Notes: generated by a model from the sequence alone, not told the origin. Positions 10,258-24,930 are shown, numbered from the stretch's first letter. The stretch is DNA of 64,000 nt from Spirulina sp. (GCA_044070495.1 JBIPSI010000001.1:192001-256000), one strand, 5' to 3'. Numbers and translations: made by a program.

Positions 10258-11874
10258 TTAGGCGGCGAGTTGGGCTTCCTCCTGGGCGGGGGTGGCGAGT
10301 TTGGTGGCTTGGTAGGCCGCGAGCTGCTCTTCGATGTTTTGGCGCACGATTTGGCGGAAGTCGATGAAGTGCTCGGCCTGGGCGCAGACGGAGACATAGC
10401 TGGCGGCCACGGCGGGGTAACGCCAGAGCATGATGGCCAAGTTCACCCAGAAACGTAGGCGGGTTTTACGCAGGATTCCCTGCCGCCACAGGATGATGAA
10501 AAAGGCTCGCAGGGTAATCCAGTTAATGCTGGGCGATCCGGCGGCGGCGGCGCTTTTTTTGACGTTGCGTCGTCGTTGGGAGTTGCGCTTGCGGGCTTCT
10601 CCCAGGATCAAATAATGGCGGAAGGTGCGGTTCAACACCACTAGCGGATCGTACAAGTCCCAGAAGGTTTGGATAAATTCCTCGGTGATGTCTTCGATGG
10701 GGCGGGTGGGCACGAAGTTCATCAGGGTGGCCTGGTTGATGTCGGCACTCTTGCCCAGCAGGCGACCTTCTTTCTCTAGGCGATGCCAGAGGGCGGTGTC
10801 GGGCAGGGCTTGCAGCATACTCACCATGGCGGTGGGAATGGCGGTTTGCTCCACGAATTGATAGATGCGTTCGCCTGCGCCCTTCTTCTCGCCGTCAAAG
10901 CCAACGATGAACCCAGCCATCACCCGCATTCCCGATTTGGCAATGGCCACCACCGAGTCGGACAGGGGATCGCGAACATTTTGGAACTTCTTGGTGAGGG
11001 CAAGGCTGTCGTCGTCGGGGGTTTCGATGCCCAAAAAGACGGTACCGAAGTTGCAGTCCACCATCATCTGCATCAGTTCAGGATCCTGGGCCAAGTCCAC
11101 CGAGGCCTCGGTGGCAAAGGAGAAGGGATAGCCGTGATCCTCCATCCAGGGCTTCATGGCCGTCAGCAGGCGCTTAACGTTGCGCTTGTTGCCGATGAAG
11201 TTGTCATCCACCATAAAGATGCTGCGCCGCCAGCCCAGGTCGTAGAGGTACTGAAGCTCGGCCAAAAGCTGTTCCGGTTCCTTGGTGCGGGGTTTGCGAC
11301 CGTAGAGCACGATGATGTCGCAAAATTCGCACTGGAAAGGGCAACCCCGCGAAAACTGAACCGACATTTCGGCGTAGGCATCCAGTTCCAGCAGGTCGTA
11401 GCGGGGGATGGGGGTTTCGGTAACGGCGGGTTTTTCGCCCCCGGATCGGAAGGTGCCGCTGCGGTCGCCCCGTTCCACGGCCTCCACAAACATGGGCAGG
11501 GTAATTTCCCCTTCATCCAAAATCAAAAAGTCTGCCCCGGCTGCTTCCGCTTCGTGGGGGAGCGAGGTCGGATAAGGGCCACCCACAGCGACGAGCTTGC
11601 CGTATTCCTTGGCGGTCTGAATGGCGGCTAAAAAGTCGGGCCGATGGACGATCATGGCGGACACGATCACAATGTCGGCCCAACGCCATTCAGCGTCCTC
11701 AACCTCGCGCACATTGCGGTCTACCAGCTTAAAGTTCCAGCTTTGGGGCAAAATCGCCGCCACCGTCACCAGCCCCAGAGGCGGTAGCTGAGCCTTCATG
11801 CCTACCAGTTCGAGGGTTTTATCAAAGGACCAAAAACTTTTCGGAAAACGAGGATAAACCAACAGAATGTTCAT
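10258..11874 (-). CDS. B12-binding radical SAM protein (DUF4070-type)
   Basis: N-terminal cobalamin-binding domain (PPLGL, VGGPY), CPFQCEFC motif. Confidence 0.92.
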   Translation of the reverse strand: MNILLVYPRFPKSFWSFDKTLELVGMKAQLPPLGLVTVAAILPQSWNFKLVDRNVREVEDAEWRWADIVIVSAMIVHRPDFLAAIQTAKEYGKLVAVGGPYPTSLPHEAEAAGADFLILDEGEITLPMFVEAVERGDRSGTFRSGGEKPAVTETPIPRYDLLELDAYAEMSVQFSRGCPFQCEFCDIIVLYGRKPRTKEPEQLLAELQYLYDLGWRRSIFMVDDNFIGNKRNVKRLLTAMKPWMEDHGYPFSFATEASVDLAQDPELMQMMVDCNFGTVFLGIETPDDDSLALTKKFQNVRDPLSDSVVAIAKSGMRVMAGFIVGFDGEKKGAGERIYQFVEQTAIPTAMVSMLQALPDTALWHRLEKEGRLLGKSADINQATLMNFVPTRPIEDITEEFIQTFWDLYDPLVVLNRTFRHYLILGEARKRNSQRRRNVKKSAAAAGSPSINWITLRAFFIILWRQGILRKTRLRFWVNLAIMLWRYPAVAASYVSVCAQAEHFIDFRQIVRQNIEEQLAAYQATKLATPAQEEAQLAA

Positions 11875-12131
11875 GAAAGCCAGTCTATATTTTCTGCCAT
11901 CCTACGAGAGTCATCCTAAATGCGCAAACGGTAGCCCTAGGAAAAGACCAGTTTGCCGATCTTAATCCATAGAAATCTCGCTCTACCATCCCTGATAAAA
12001 ATCAATGCTTTGCCCCGTTTTTTTCATCAATCGTGGAGCAGAAATGTCTGAACATTCCTGAACAAAATGCGATTTTCTCCTAGGTAGAGGTGAATCATAC
12101 TGGCAATAGTCCTCCGAAAATCGCGCCCACA

Positions 12132-12371
12132 ATGGAAACCTTTCTCTTTCTGTTTGTCCTTGGTCTGTGGATTTACCTGAGCCTGCCTAAAAAGGCACCT
12201 CCTACGAGTGACCCCTGGGAGGAAATGGGCAAAGCCATTGGCAAGGCCCTGAAAACCCTCAATGCCCCCGCCGAAGGCAACCCAAGCGGGAGCGGCGGCA
12301 AAAAAGACAGCTTCCCTTGGTTTATTCCCTTGGCCATTGTGACTGGGCTGGCGGTCTATCTGTTCCGCTAA
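12132..12371 (+). CDS. Small hypothetical membrane protein (2 TM)
   Basis: 79 aa, hydrophobic N- and C-terminal helices; fills the intergenic gap; start uncertain (12090 or 12132). Confidence 0.55.
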   Translation: METFLFLFVLGLWIYLSLPKKAPPTSDPWEEMGKAIGKALKTLNAPAEGNPSGSGGKKDSFPWFIPLAIVTGLAVYLFR

Positions 12372-12412
12372 CGGTCATCACCGTCATCCCCAGGCCGGTA
12401 TCCCTGGCTTCC

Positions 12413-12685
12413 CTAAAAGGAGTAGCCGATCCCGGCAATGCGGTCTAGAACGTTTTGGACAAGGGCCAAGGCGAGGATGGCGAAGGATGCCGATAGATCC
12501 ATGCCAGCAATGGGAGGGATGATGGCGCGAAAGCAAGCGATGTAGGGATCCGTGAGTTGGCGAATTACCGCCAGGACTGGATTGTCCCAATTCACCGTAG
12601 GCACCCAACTCCAAATCACGCGAAGCAGCAGAATCACGAGATAAAGCGCCACAAAGTTGGCTAGGATGTCGAGCCAAATGTCCAT
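12413..12685 (-). CDS. YggT/YlmG family membrane protein (divergent second copy)
   Basis: RVIWSWVP...QLTDPYI...IIPPIAGMDLS; GAGG RBS before ATG at 12685. Confidence 0.85.
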   Translation of the reverse strand: MDIWLDILANFVALYLVILLLRVIWSWVPTVNWDNPVLAVIRQLTDPYIACFRAIIPPIAGMDLSASFAILALALVQNVLDRIAGIGYSF

Positions 12686-12879
12686 CCGAAGAACCTCAGG
12701 TTTAGGGTACATCACACCCACGAGTAAAGCATTGCCAACGTAGAGCCATGCACGTAGGGTTCATTCCCGAAGCAATCCACTAATTCCTAGGATGCACAAC
12801 GCCAGAACGAGGTTGAACCAATGTCCAGCAAGGCACCCACAGGAAGGGCCATCATGGGTACTGGTTTTCCAGGGATCCC

Positions 12880-13161
12880 TTAGAAGGAGGCGTAGGAGGA
12901 GGTTGCTAGGGCTAGTGTGTCTACACCCTGTTGAGCAACCCATAGCAGGAGAAATGCCAGCATAGGGGATAGATCAATGCCACCGAGAGGGGGAATGATA
13001 GAGCGGAAGAGGCTGAGGTAGGGATCCGTGAGCTGGCTGAGGACAGAAAAGGGCGGGTTAAACCAGTCTACATTGGGGAACCAGCTCAGCAGAATGCGAA
13101 TAATCAGCAGGACGCTATAAATCGAAAGGAAGGTGGAGAGGGTCTGTACCAAAATAGCCAT
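12880..13161 (-). CDS. YggT/YlmG (Ycf19) family membrane protein
   Basis: RILLSWFP...QLTDPYL...IIPPLGGIDLSP signature. Confidence 0.93.
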   Translation of the reverse strand: MAILVQTLSTFLSIYSVLLIIRILLSWFPNVDWFNPPFSVLSQLTDPYLSLFRSIIPPLGGIDLSPMLAFLLLWVAQQGVDTLALATSSYASF

Positions 13162-13306
13162 CTGAACAACCTCGGCTGTAGTCGTTAATCACAATACATG
13201 GAGAACAGAAACCTGTCAGTTAGTGTAACGGAATGCTGCATGGATGCTGGCTTGGCCTCGGCTCAGACTAGCCTGCATCGGGCGGTCAGACCGCTAGGCA
13301 GACGGG

Positions 13307-13612
13307 TTAATCGACCTGGGAGGGGTTGCCCCAGGTTTTCTCTGTGTGGCCGTTGATGTGGCCGATCTGTTGGCGCACATCGTCGATGGCCTCGTTGAGT
13401 TGGGCAATTTTGGCCTCTAGCCCTAGGCGAGCCGCCTCCATGCCTTCCTCGGTCATGTCCTCTAGGTCGTCAAAGGCGAGGTCTGGAGTTCGGCGGTCGG
13501 CCTGTCCGGCCTGAATCCGAGAGGCGGCAAGGGCACCCACTACCCCACCGAGGGCACCGCCGACCAGGGTGCCGAGCAAAAATCCGCCGACAAAATTGCC
13601 TTGTTCACTCAT
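13307..13612 (-). CDS. Conserved cyanobacterial protein (Gly-rich TM plus coiled coil, YtxH-like)
   Basis: FVGGFLLGTLVGGALGGVVG then LEAKIAQLNEAIDDVR; between upp and yggT. Confidence 0.8.
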   Translation of the reverse strand: MSEQGNFVGGFLLGTLVGGALGGVVGALAASRIQAGQADRRTPDLAFDDLEDMTEEGMEAARLGLEAKIAQLNEAIDDVRQQIGHINGHTEKTWGNPSQVD

Positions 13613-13685
13613 AACGCTATCCGTTCCGCCTCACTCACAGGTTCTGTTGTTCCATTGTATAAAGTCAATGCACCCGTCAACAGCC

Positions 13686-14336
13686 CTACGACCCGAAGGT
13701 GCGATCTCCGGCATCCCCCAGACCGGGCACAATGAAACCTTGGTCATTCACCTCTTCATCAATGCCAGCGGCAAAAATCGTCAGGGTGGGATACACATCC
13801 GCCAGCTTCCGCAGGGCCAAGGGCGAGGCCACGATGGCAATAATCCGCACCAGGGCCGGATCTACCCCCCGATTCACCAGGTCAGCGAGGGTGGCCATGA
13901 TGGTGCCCCCGGTGGCCAGCATCGGTTCGCTGATGATCACCCGCGTTTGGGGATCGATCTGGGCGGGCAGCTTGTTGAGGTAGCAACTGGCTTCTAGGGT
14001 TTCTTCGTCGCGCACATAGCCCACGTGGTACACCGAGGCCAGGGGTAGCAGGTCTTGGATCCCCGGCATCAGGCCCAGCCCCGCCCTCAGGATGGGAACG
14101 ATCATGGTGGGAACATCGGGGTTGATGAAGGTGGCCGCACAGGGGCCGAGGGGTGTATTCACCATGGTGTCTATGGTGGGTAGCCACTCGCGGATGGCCT
14201 CGTAGGTAAGCCAGCGTCCCAGTTCCTCCATGGCCGACCGAAATAACGGCGAAGGGGTATCGGCATCGCGGGCCACCGCCAGCCAATGTTTGACGAGGGG
14301 ATGGGGCGGAACAAAAATACGAAGTTGAGAAGCCAT
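13686..14336 (-). CDS. upp: Uracil phosphoribosyltransferase
   Basis: PILRAGL, PMLATGGT, IVPGLGDAGDRTFG. Confidence 0.97.
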   Translation of the reverse strand: MASQLRIFVPPHPLVKHWLAVARDADTPSPLFRSAMEELGRWLTYEAIREWLPTIDTMVNTPLGPCAATFINPDVPTMIVPILRAGLGLMPGIQDLLPLASVYHVGYVRDEETLEASCYLNKLPAQIDPQTRVIISEPMLATGGTIMATLADLVNRGVDPALVRIIAIVASPLALRKLADVYPTLTIFAAGIDEEVNDQGFIVPGLGDAGDRTFGS

Positions 14337-14541
14337 GAACCAAAGGGAATGAGCAAATCTGCCACATCATACTCTGTGATGGGGTTTCTGTGACGGGGAA
14401 AAGCCCGCATAAAGCCAACCATTTCGGCTGTTTGGGTACGGTCGATTCGGTGGGAAAAGCCTACCTTTTCAAGGGAAAGCCACACCTGTGCAACGCCGTT
14501 GACTCTGACAAGATAGGGATGTCAACGCAACGGAGAAGGTC

Positions 14542-14862
14542 ATGAAAAAGGGACTATTCAGCCAACCCATTCTGCAAGGCTATCGCCGCCTGATTCGCCA
14601 CCCCAAATATCGCTGGGCGATCCTGTTGGGGACGCTGATTTACCTGGTCAGCCCGTTGGATATCTCCCCCGATGTGTTCCCGGTGGTGGGCTGGGTGGAT
14701 GACGGCCTGATCGCTACCCTCGCCATCACCGAAGTGACCCAGATTTTGTTAGACCGCAAACGCCACCTGCGCCAAGCCGCCCAGGCCAACCGATCCAGCT
14801 TTGACACCGACGATCTACAAACCACGGTGATCGATGTTAACTCTGTGGTGGTGCCCCGCTAG
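14542..14862 (+). CDS. YkvA/DUF1232 family membrane protein
   Basis: YLVSPLDISPDVFPVVGWVDD motif. Confidence 0.9.
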   Translation: MKKGLFSQPILQGYRRLIRHPKYRWAILLGTLIYLVSPLDISPDVFPVVGWVDDGLIATLAITEVTQILLDRKRHLRQAAQANRSSFDTDDLQTTVIDVNSVVVPR

Positions 14863-15019
14863 GCAAGGGCGAGGGAACCTCACCCCTACCCCAGTGGTTG
14901 TGTCTTGTAAACCTTGGGTCCTTTGACTATCCCTGTTTCAGATCAGGTATGACCCGCTTGTTTAACCCGTTGATTGAAGCCTTGATTGCCCCCCTACTAT
15001 CTTTTTAAGGAGATGCCCC

Positions 15020-15616
15020 ATGGCCACCGCTGTATCTGAAAAAGTGAAAGCCGACTGGAAAAAAGCCCAGCAAGAAAGCGGTCACCGCGTCAGCCGACTA
15101 CGCACCATCGTCACCCAAGCGGCCACCGAAGCCTTGTCGGAAATCAAGGGTGGTTCTAGCGAACTCGAAACCCTAGGCCGCCAATCCCTAGCGGAGATGA
15201 TGGCCCAACTACAAACCCCAGACGCTACGACGCCAGCGACCGAAGCCACCGCCACCGGATCGTCAGAACCCATTGAGGCCAATACCGAAGTCCAGGCCGT
15301 GGTGCCCGTTCCCCCCAAAGCCGAAGCCAGTGCCCCTACCTGGGCCGAACTTTTTGCCACGGTGATTACCCTGGTCAAAACCCGCAAAACCGACTGGGGC
15401 CAAGCCCTGCTAACTCGGCTCCATACCCAACTGGAACGCTTTGATGCGGATATGGAGGCCGAATACGGTGCCCGCTATCGCTTGTTCCAACCCTTTGTTT
15501 GGGGTCTGCGCCGTGTGGTGGCCCTGGGCTTAGATCGTCTGGCTGAACCCGCCGCCGCCCCAGAAGCCCCTGCGTCCCCCGTCACCATCGAAGTGCTAGA
15601 CGACACCGACGCCTAG
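15020..15616 (+). CDS. Hypothetical helical protein
   Basis: 198 aa ORF with AAGGAG RBS, co-oriented with ykvA. Confidence 0.75.
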   Translation: MATAVSEKVKADWKKAQQESGHRVSRLRTIVTQAATEALSEIKGGSSELETLGRQSLAEMMAQLQTPDATTPATEATATGSSEPIEANTEVQAVVPVPPKAEASAPTWAELFATVITLVKTRKTDWGQALLTRLHTQLERFDADMEAEYGARYRLFQPFVWGLRRVVALGLDRLAEPAAAPEAPASPVTIEVLDDTDA

Positions 15617-15637
15617 CGTTGGATTCCGGTTTTCTAT

Positions 15638-15667
15638 AACCCCGGTTTTTCAAAAAAAACCGGGGTT
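15638..15667. terminator. Hairpin between convergent genes
   Basis: AACCCCGGTTTTT...AAAAACCGGGGTT inverted repeat. Confidence 0.6.
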
Positions 15668-15686
15668 CTGCTTTGTGCCCAAGTCC

Positions 15687-16349
15687 TCAAGGGGTCAACT
15701 GGGCACCCCAATCGCAGGCGGTTTCCCAGCCCAGACCTTTGCGGATGATGGTGGGTTCGTCGTCGATCACATCAATAATGGTAGAGACCTCGTAGGCCAT
15801 CGGTTCGTCGTCGTCGATGATGATATCCACCAGCTTTTCTAGGGTGTCAAACACTTCCACCTTGTCGATGTGGCGTGGCTTGGATTTCGTCGCAGGCTGA
15901 GGCACTACGCTCAGGGCCGAGGTGGAAATGATGGGGTTTCCCAGAGCTTCAATCAGAGCCAAACAAATGGGGCTATTGGGAACTCGAATCCCGGTGGTGC
16001 GGCGTTTAGGACTCATCACGAGGCGCGGCACCTGCTTGGTGGCAGGCAACAAAAAGGTGAACGGCCCCGGAATTAGGCGGCGAATGATGCGGTAGGCGCT
16101 GTCATTCACAATGGCGTAGTCGGCAATGTTAGACAGGGAAGAACAGAGAAAGGTGAGGGGTTTCTCGTTGGCAAGCTGCTTAAGCTGGCGCACCCGCTGC
16201 ACCGCCCCCCGATGATTGAGGTCGCAGCCAATGGCGTAGACTGTGTCTGTGGGGTAGAGGGCAATGGCCCCCTGGCGCAGGGCTTCCACGATGGTCTGCA
16301 CCTTGCGAGATTGCGGGGTTTCGGGATGTAGTCGATACAGCGTGGCCAT
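15687..16349 (-). CDS. Sua5/YciO/YrdC family (threonylcarbamoyl-AMP synthase-like) protein
   Basis: YPTDTVYAIGC, PGPFTFLL, GIRVP, ISTSA motifs. Confidence 0.92.
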   Translation of the reverse strand: MATLYRLHPETPQSRKVQTIVEALRQGAIALYPTDTVYAIGCDLNHRGAVQRVRQLKQLANEKPLTFLCSSLSNIADYAIVNDSAYRIIRRLIPGPFTFLLPATKQVPRLVMSPKRRTTGIRVPNSPICLALIEALGNPIISTSALSVVPQPATKSKPRHIDKVEVFDTLEKLVDIIIDDDEPMAYEVSTIIDVIDDEPTIIRKGLGWETACDWGAQLTP

Positions 16350-16491
16350 GGGGTTGTCTCCTCAAGTCTCCCGAACAGTGCCGCTTGGGTCAGAATGTCA
16401 CCCGCCAAGCTACTCCTAGACAGCTTTGGTACGCTATCCAACGGCGGCTCCCCTATTTTGGAAGAACTCTGGCACAGCACAGCACATTTGT

Positions 16492-18096
16492 ATGAAAACG
16501 ATAGCCTACCTCGACTGCCCATCGGGTATTTCCGGTGACATGTGCCTTGGGGCCGTTTTGGATGCCGGGGTGCCCTTAGAGTACCTGCAAACCCAGTTGG
16601 GTCGGCTGGGGCTAGGGGAGGAATTTCAGCTATCGGTAGCCCCGGTACTGCGCCAAGGTCTCCGTGCCCTCAAGGCCAGTGTTGATCTCAAGGACGATTC
16701 TGCCGGAAAATCCGTTGGAGAACCCACCCACAGTTCTGCCCACAGCCATCACCACAGCCACGGGCAAGAACATCCGACCCGCAGCCACAGTTCTGCCCAC
16801 GGTCACCACGGTCACCATAGCCACACCCATAGCCACACTTCTGCTCACAGTCACAGTCATCACAGCCATCAGGACAGCCACAGCCACAGTTCTGCCCACA
16901 GCCACAGCTATCCCAGTCACCAGGACAGCCAAAGTGATCGATCCCCTAGTCCTGATCAGCCCTCCACCCAGATCGAGCACGATCATGGCCATCCCCCCGG
17001 CACCCGGCACCTACCAGAAATCGAAGCCCTGATCACCCAGGCCGGTTTGCCAGACCGGGCCTGTCGCTGGAGTTTGGCGGTGTTTCGGCAACTGGCGGAG
17101 GCGGAGGCGGCTGTCCATGGGATCGCCATCGACCAGGTGCATTTCCATGAGGTGGGGGCCACCGATGCACTGGTGGATATCGTCGGCACCTGTTTAGGGC
17201 TGGATTACTTGGGCATTGACGAGCTATTTTGTTCGGCCCTGCCCACGGGCCAAGGACGGGTGAAAGCGGCCCACGGCTGGCTGCCTGTCCCCGCTCCGGC
17301 GGTGCTCAAACTGATGGAAATGCGCCAAATCCCCATCTACAACAACGGCCTCTGGGGCGAACGGGTGACCCCCACCGGGGCGGCCATCGTGGCCACCTTA
17401 GCCCAGGGGTTTGGGGAACCCCCAACGATGACCCTAAAGCGTGTGGGCTTAGGGGCTGGCCAAAAAGACTTTCCCCAGGCCAACATTCTGCGGCTATGGG
17501 TAGGAACGGTGGCCGATGGCCCAAGGAACACCCTCCAACCCCGTGATGATCGAAAGATCAGTGTTCAGAAACCTGCCGCCCCACAAGATGACCTAAAGAT
17601 CAACCTTCCACCCACCCACCTTCCACCCACCCACCTTCCACCCAACACCGAAACCATTGCGGTACTCGAAACCCAGGTGGATGACATGGTGCCCCAGGCC
17701 ATGAGCTATCTCTACGACCGTCTATTCGAGGCGGGCGCTTTGGACGTGTTTGCCCAACCAATCGCCATGAAAAAATCCCGCACGGGGCTGCTGATTACCG
17801 TGCTGTGTGACCCCGAAACCGAGGCCCGCTGTACCGAGATTTTGTTTGCCGAAACGCCCACCCTCGGCATCCGTCACCGTCACCAGCAGCGCACCATTCT
17901 TAAGCGGGACTTTCAAACCCTAGAGACCCCCTACGGCCCCGTCACGCTGAAGGTGGCCTACCATCCCCAAACCCAGGCGGTGCTGAACGTTCACCCCGAA
18001 TACGAAGACTGTGCCGCCTTGGCCCAACAGCATCGTGTGCCTTGGCAAGTGGTCTATCACACGGCGCTGGGGATTTGGTACCAGACTGGATCCTGA
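16492..18096 (+). CDS. larC: Nickel pincer cofactor nickel-insertion protein LarC with long His-rich insert
   Basis: [48 protein letters not shown] motifs. Confidence 0.93.
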   Translation: MKTIAYLDCPSGISGDMCLGAVLDAGVPLEYLQTQLGRLGLGEEFQLSVAPVLRQGLRALKASVDLKDDSAGKSVGEPTHSSAHSHHHSHGQEHPTRSHSSAHGHHGHHSHTHSHTSAHSHSHHSHQDSHSHSSAHSHSYPSHQDSQSDRSPSPDQPSTQIEHDHGHPPGTRHLPEIEALITQAGLPDRACRWSLAVFRQLAEAEAAVHGIAIDQVHFHEVGATDALVDIVGTCLGLDYLGIDELFCSALPTGQGRVKAAHGWLPVPAPAVLKLMEMRQIPIYNNGLWGERVTPTGAAIVATLAQGFGEPPTMTLKRVGLGAGQKDFPQANILRLWVGTVADGPRNTLQPRDDRKISVQKPAAPQDDLKINLPPTHLPPTHLPPNTETIAVLETQVDDMVPQAMSYLYDRLFEAGALDVFAQPIAMKKSRTGLLITVLCDPETEARCTEILFAETPTLGIRHRHQQRTILKRDFQTLETPYGPVTLKVAYHPQTQAVLNVHPEYEDCAALAQQHRVPWQVVYHTALGIWYQTGS

Positions 18097-18251
18097 TGGG
18101 ATGAACGTGGGTTGGGATGGACGAGGAGACCTCGCCTCTACGGTTTGGCGGTGTCGTTGGGTAAGGGCTACCAATTATCCCAAGGCTTTAGGGGCCTGGT
18201 TGCCGCGCCCGGTGCAGAATCCTAGGTCGGTCAACCAGGGTTGGTGCCCTC

Positions 18252-19235
18252 TTAACGGGATTGGAAAATGTTTTGCACCATTTGTTTCTCGCTACGGCGG
18301 CTGGCTTGGTCGAGGGCCTCTACTTCGCCGCTGTCTAGCACCCAGCCCAAGGCCCCCAGGTTTTGTTGGGCTTGATGGAGGGACTTAGCCCCTGGGATAG
18401 GCAGGGTACCCTTGGCAATACACCAATTGAGGGCCACCTGGGCAGAGGTTTTCTGGCGCTGATCGGCAATCTCCTGGAGGGTGTGCAGCAAGGGCTGAAT
18501 TTTGGGCACCAGTTGGCGAAACAAGAAGCCCCGCACCCCCTGGGGAAATGGCCCCTGGGGCGAATACTTGCCGGTCAACAGGCCTAGGGCTAGGGGGCTG
18601 TAGGCAATCAGGCGAATACCCAGTTCGTCACAGAGATCCTTCAGGCCCAGTTCCGTGACCGGATAGGTGGACAGCAGGGAATACTGCACTTGCAGGGTGA
18701 CGATGGGGATGCCCCGTTTTTGGAACCGCTGGTGGGCAAGCTTCAGCCGTTTGGGGCCAAAGTTGGATAGGCCGATGCCTTTAATCTGCCCCCGCTCGTA
18801 GAGATCCATCAGGCCATCCAAAAACGGCCCCTCCTGCCAGGGGGCATAGTTGGCGGTAGACCAGTGCATTTGGGCCAGGTCGATGGGGCGTCCTAGCCGT
18901 TGGGCCGAGGCCTCTCCAGCCTTAATCACAGCCCCCCGCGTGATGCGCCAGGGATAGGCCGCCAGCTTGGTGGCGAGGCAAATCTGATCCCGATTTGGCC
19001 CTTGGTAGGTGCTGGTAAACTGGCCCAGCAGGGTTTCGCTGCGGCCATTGAGGCGACCGGTGCCGTAGGAATCGCCGCTGTCAAACAGGGTCACCCCTCG
19101 CGCCACACAGGTCTCAAACACCTGCTGCAATTCGCTATCCATGGCAGGGTCGTAGCCCCACAGCAGACGATTGCCCCAGGCCCAGGTGCCGCAGCCCAGG
19201 GTGGGAAAAGTGAGACGAGCGGGGGGGGAGGTCAT
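18252..19235 (-). CDS. Aldo/keto reductase
   Basis: GCGTWAWG, DSGDSYG, ATK, GLSNF, AYSPLA, PIPG motifs. Confidence 0.93.
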   Translation of the reverse strand: MTSPPARLTFPTLGCGTWAWGNRLLWGYDPAMDSELQQVFETCVARGVTLFDSGDSYGTGRLNGRSETLLGQFTSTYQGPNRDQICLATKLAAYPWRITRGAVIKAGEASAQRLGRPIDLAQMHWSTANYAPWQEGPFLDGLMDLYERGQIKGIGLSNFGPKRLKLAHQRFQKRGIPIVTLQVQYSLLSTYPVTELGLKDLCDELGIRLIAYSPLALGLLTGKYSPQGPFPQGVRGFLFRQLVPKIQPLLHTLQEIADQRQKTSAQVALNWCIAKGTLPIPGAKSLHQAQQNLGALGWVLDSGEVEALDQASRRSEKQMVQNIFQSR

Positions 19236-19237
19236 GG

Positions 19238-21443
19238 CTAAGAAGGGATAGACAGCGGCACTTCGGCGGTGAGGCGGGCCGATAGAAGATAGCGTACGGC
19301 CTGATCTAGGGGCAAGGGTTTGGCGAATAAATAGCCCTGGGCCGCCTCACAGCCTAACCGCTGAAGCTGAATCTGTTGCTCCTCGGTTTCCACCCCCTCG
19401 GCAATGCAGTCCATCCCTAGGTTGTGGGCTAAATCGATGATGGCCTGCACAATCCCCAGCTTTCCGGGCTGCATTTGGTTGACAAAGGAGCGGTCAATTT
19501 TCAGGGTTTCCACCGCAAACTGGCTCAGGTAGCGCAGGGAGGAATAGCCCGTGCCAAAGTCATCAATGCTCAGTTTTATACCCCGTTCATGGATAGCATC
19601 GAGGGTGCGGGCAATGCTGCTCGATTGCTCCAATAAAATGCGCTCGGTGATTTCTAGTTTAAGACGACGACCTTGAACCCCCGTTTCCGCTAAAATCTGA
19701 TCGAGGATAGGAATAAAGCGGTTGTCGCGAAACTGTTGACCCGACACATTAACGCTGACTTGAAAATCGTCGTCTAAATAGACTTTCTGTTCCCACTCAG
19801 CGATGATTTTACACACCTGGCAAAGAATTTGCTTGCCGATGGGTTTAATTAAGCCCGTGTCCTCCGCTAAATCAATAAAGGCCCCAGGCATGATCAATCC
19901 TCGTTGGGGGTGTTGCCAGCGGGCCAGGGCCTCAAATCCAATTAGCGATTGAGACTTTAGATCAACAATGGGCTGGTAATAAACAATAAAAGACTCGCTT
20001 TTAATCGCTTCGCGTAGTTCATTTTCTAGGGTGAGTAGGGCCAGGGCTTCTTGATACATTTCTAGCCCAAAAATTTCGTAGCGATTACGTCCACCCTCTT
20101 TAGCACGATAGAGAGCGATGTCTACATCTCGAAAAATTTCGTTGCTATTTGTGTAATTTGAACTACCCATTAAGACGCCAATACTAGCGGAGGTAAAAAT
20201 AATTTTTCCATCTACCTCAACGGGATTTTCGAGCAGTTGATTAATGGATTCTGCCACCTGAACCACCTCATGGATATGGCTGACATCATCCAAAAAGATG
20301 ACGAATTCATCCCCGCCCCAGCGCGATACCATATCCACTTTGCGAACGGCATGTTTCAGCAGATCCGCCACAGCAACCAGCAGCTTATCCCCGACCAAAT
20401 GGCCCAGACTATCGTTGACGGCCTTAAAGCGATCTAGGTCAATCATCAATAGCCCAAACTGACGACCGGGCTGATGGTGGCACTGGAGAATCTCCACCTC
20501 TAGGCGTTTGGCTAGCCAGTCTCGATTGGGCAAATGGGTCAGGGCATCGTGGAGGGCTTCGTAGCGGAGCCGCCGCTCGACCTTGATCCGCCGAGTGACG
20601 TCTCGCGAACTGGTGACAATGCCGGTGATCGGGCCACCATCATCCAGGATCGATTTGGCCAAGGTTTCAATCCACACATAGCGGCCCGATTGACTACGCA
20701 ATCGATAGGCACTGGTAGTCGAATCGGCGTTTTGGGAGGAGGTTTGAAAATGGAGTTGAAGAATAGGTAGATCGTCGGGGTGGCACAGATCTTGAACCTT
20801 TTTCCCCCTCAAGTCCTCTGGGTTATAGCCCAACAACGCCTCTACGGAAGGACTGACGTAGAGAAATTCGCCCTGGCTGTTGTGAAGGCAGACAAGATCG
20901 CCCATGTGGTCGGCAATTAACCGATAGCGGGCTTCGCTAAGACGGAGATCCTGCTCAACGTGTTGGCGCACTTCGATTTCGGCCTGTAGGGATTGGTTGG
21001 CTAGGGCCAGCTCTTGGGTGCGCTGCTGAACTAACTGTTCGAGATCTTGATTAAATTCTTGTAGTTTTTGATGGGCCTGTCGAAGACTAACTTGAGTATT
21101 AATTCGAGCGATTACCTCAATCATTTTGACGGGTTTTGAGAGGTAGTCAACCCCACCCACAGCAAAGGCTTTGACCTTATCAAAGGGGTCGTCTAAGGCA
21201 CTGATAAAGATGACTGGAATATCCTGGGTCTTAGGGTCTGCCTTCAGCCTTTGACAGATGGTATAACCATCCATATCGGGCAGCATAATATCCAGCAGAA
21301 TCAGATCGATGGGTGTTGAATGGGCGACCGTTAAGGCCATTTCGCCCGTGAGTACACCGCGCGTTTCGTAGCCGTGGTTCGTGAGTTCTCGAGTCAGTAG
21401 ATGCAGGTTATCAGGGATGTCGTCAACCACAAGAATGGTTGGC

Positions 21444-21466
<23 letters not shown>
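19238..21466 (-). CDS. REC-PAS-GGDEF-EAL c-di-GMP response regulator
   Basis: VVDD/LLDIMLP receiver, [22 protein letters not shown]. Confidence 0.95.
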
Positions 21467-24554
<3,088 letters not shown>

Positions 24555-24930
24555 AGGGTAGGGGTATCCGGCGAGGGGTGATCTCAGTCACCCTTTCAGC
24601 ATCTTACTAGGCTTAAAATGCCCAACCCAGCCCGAAACTTGCCTCATTTAAAGAACTTAATCTACCCTGGTTATCCGAAATAGCCCGCCGATACAGCTTG
24701 CCCTCATCACTAATCTCACCTTTAAAGCCCCTACCGTCGCGCCTTAGGGCTGTTTGCCTAGGGGCGTGGGGATAGCCCCCCTCTTCTGGGCTATGGCCGA
24801 GCTATCTCCTTTGGGGCATGGGTAGGGGCAACCGTACCTCTAGGGGGTAGGAATTGCCGCTTGTGTTGAGGGGGGCACAGCGTCAAAAATGCCCATAGCA
24901 ATGCATACTTAACCGAGTAACCGAACCGCC

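Noticed and set aside
16492..18096. Programmed frameshift in larC as in Lactobacillus larC1/C2
   Set aside because: The gene is a single continuous reading frame covering both domains.
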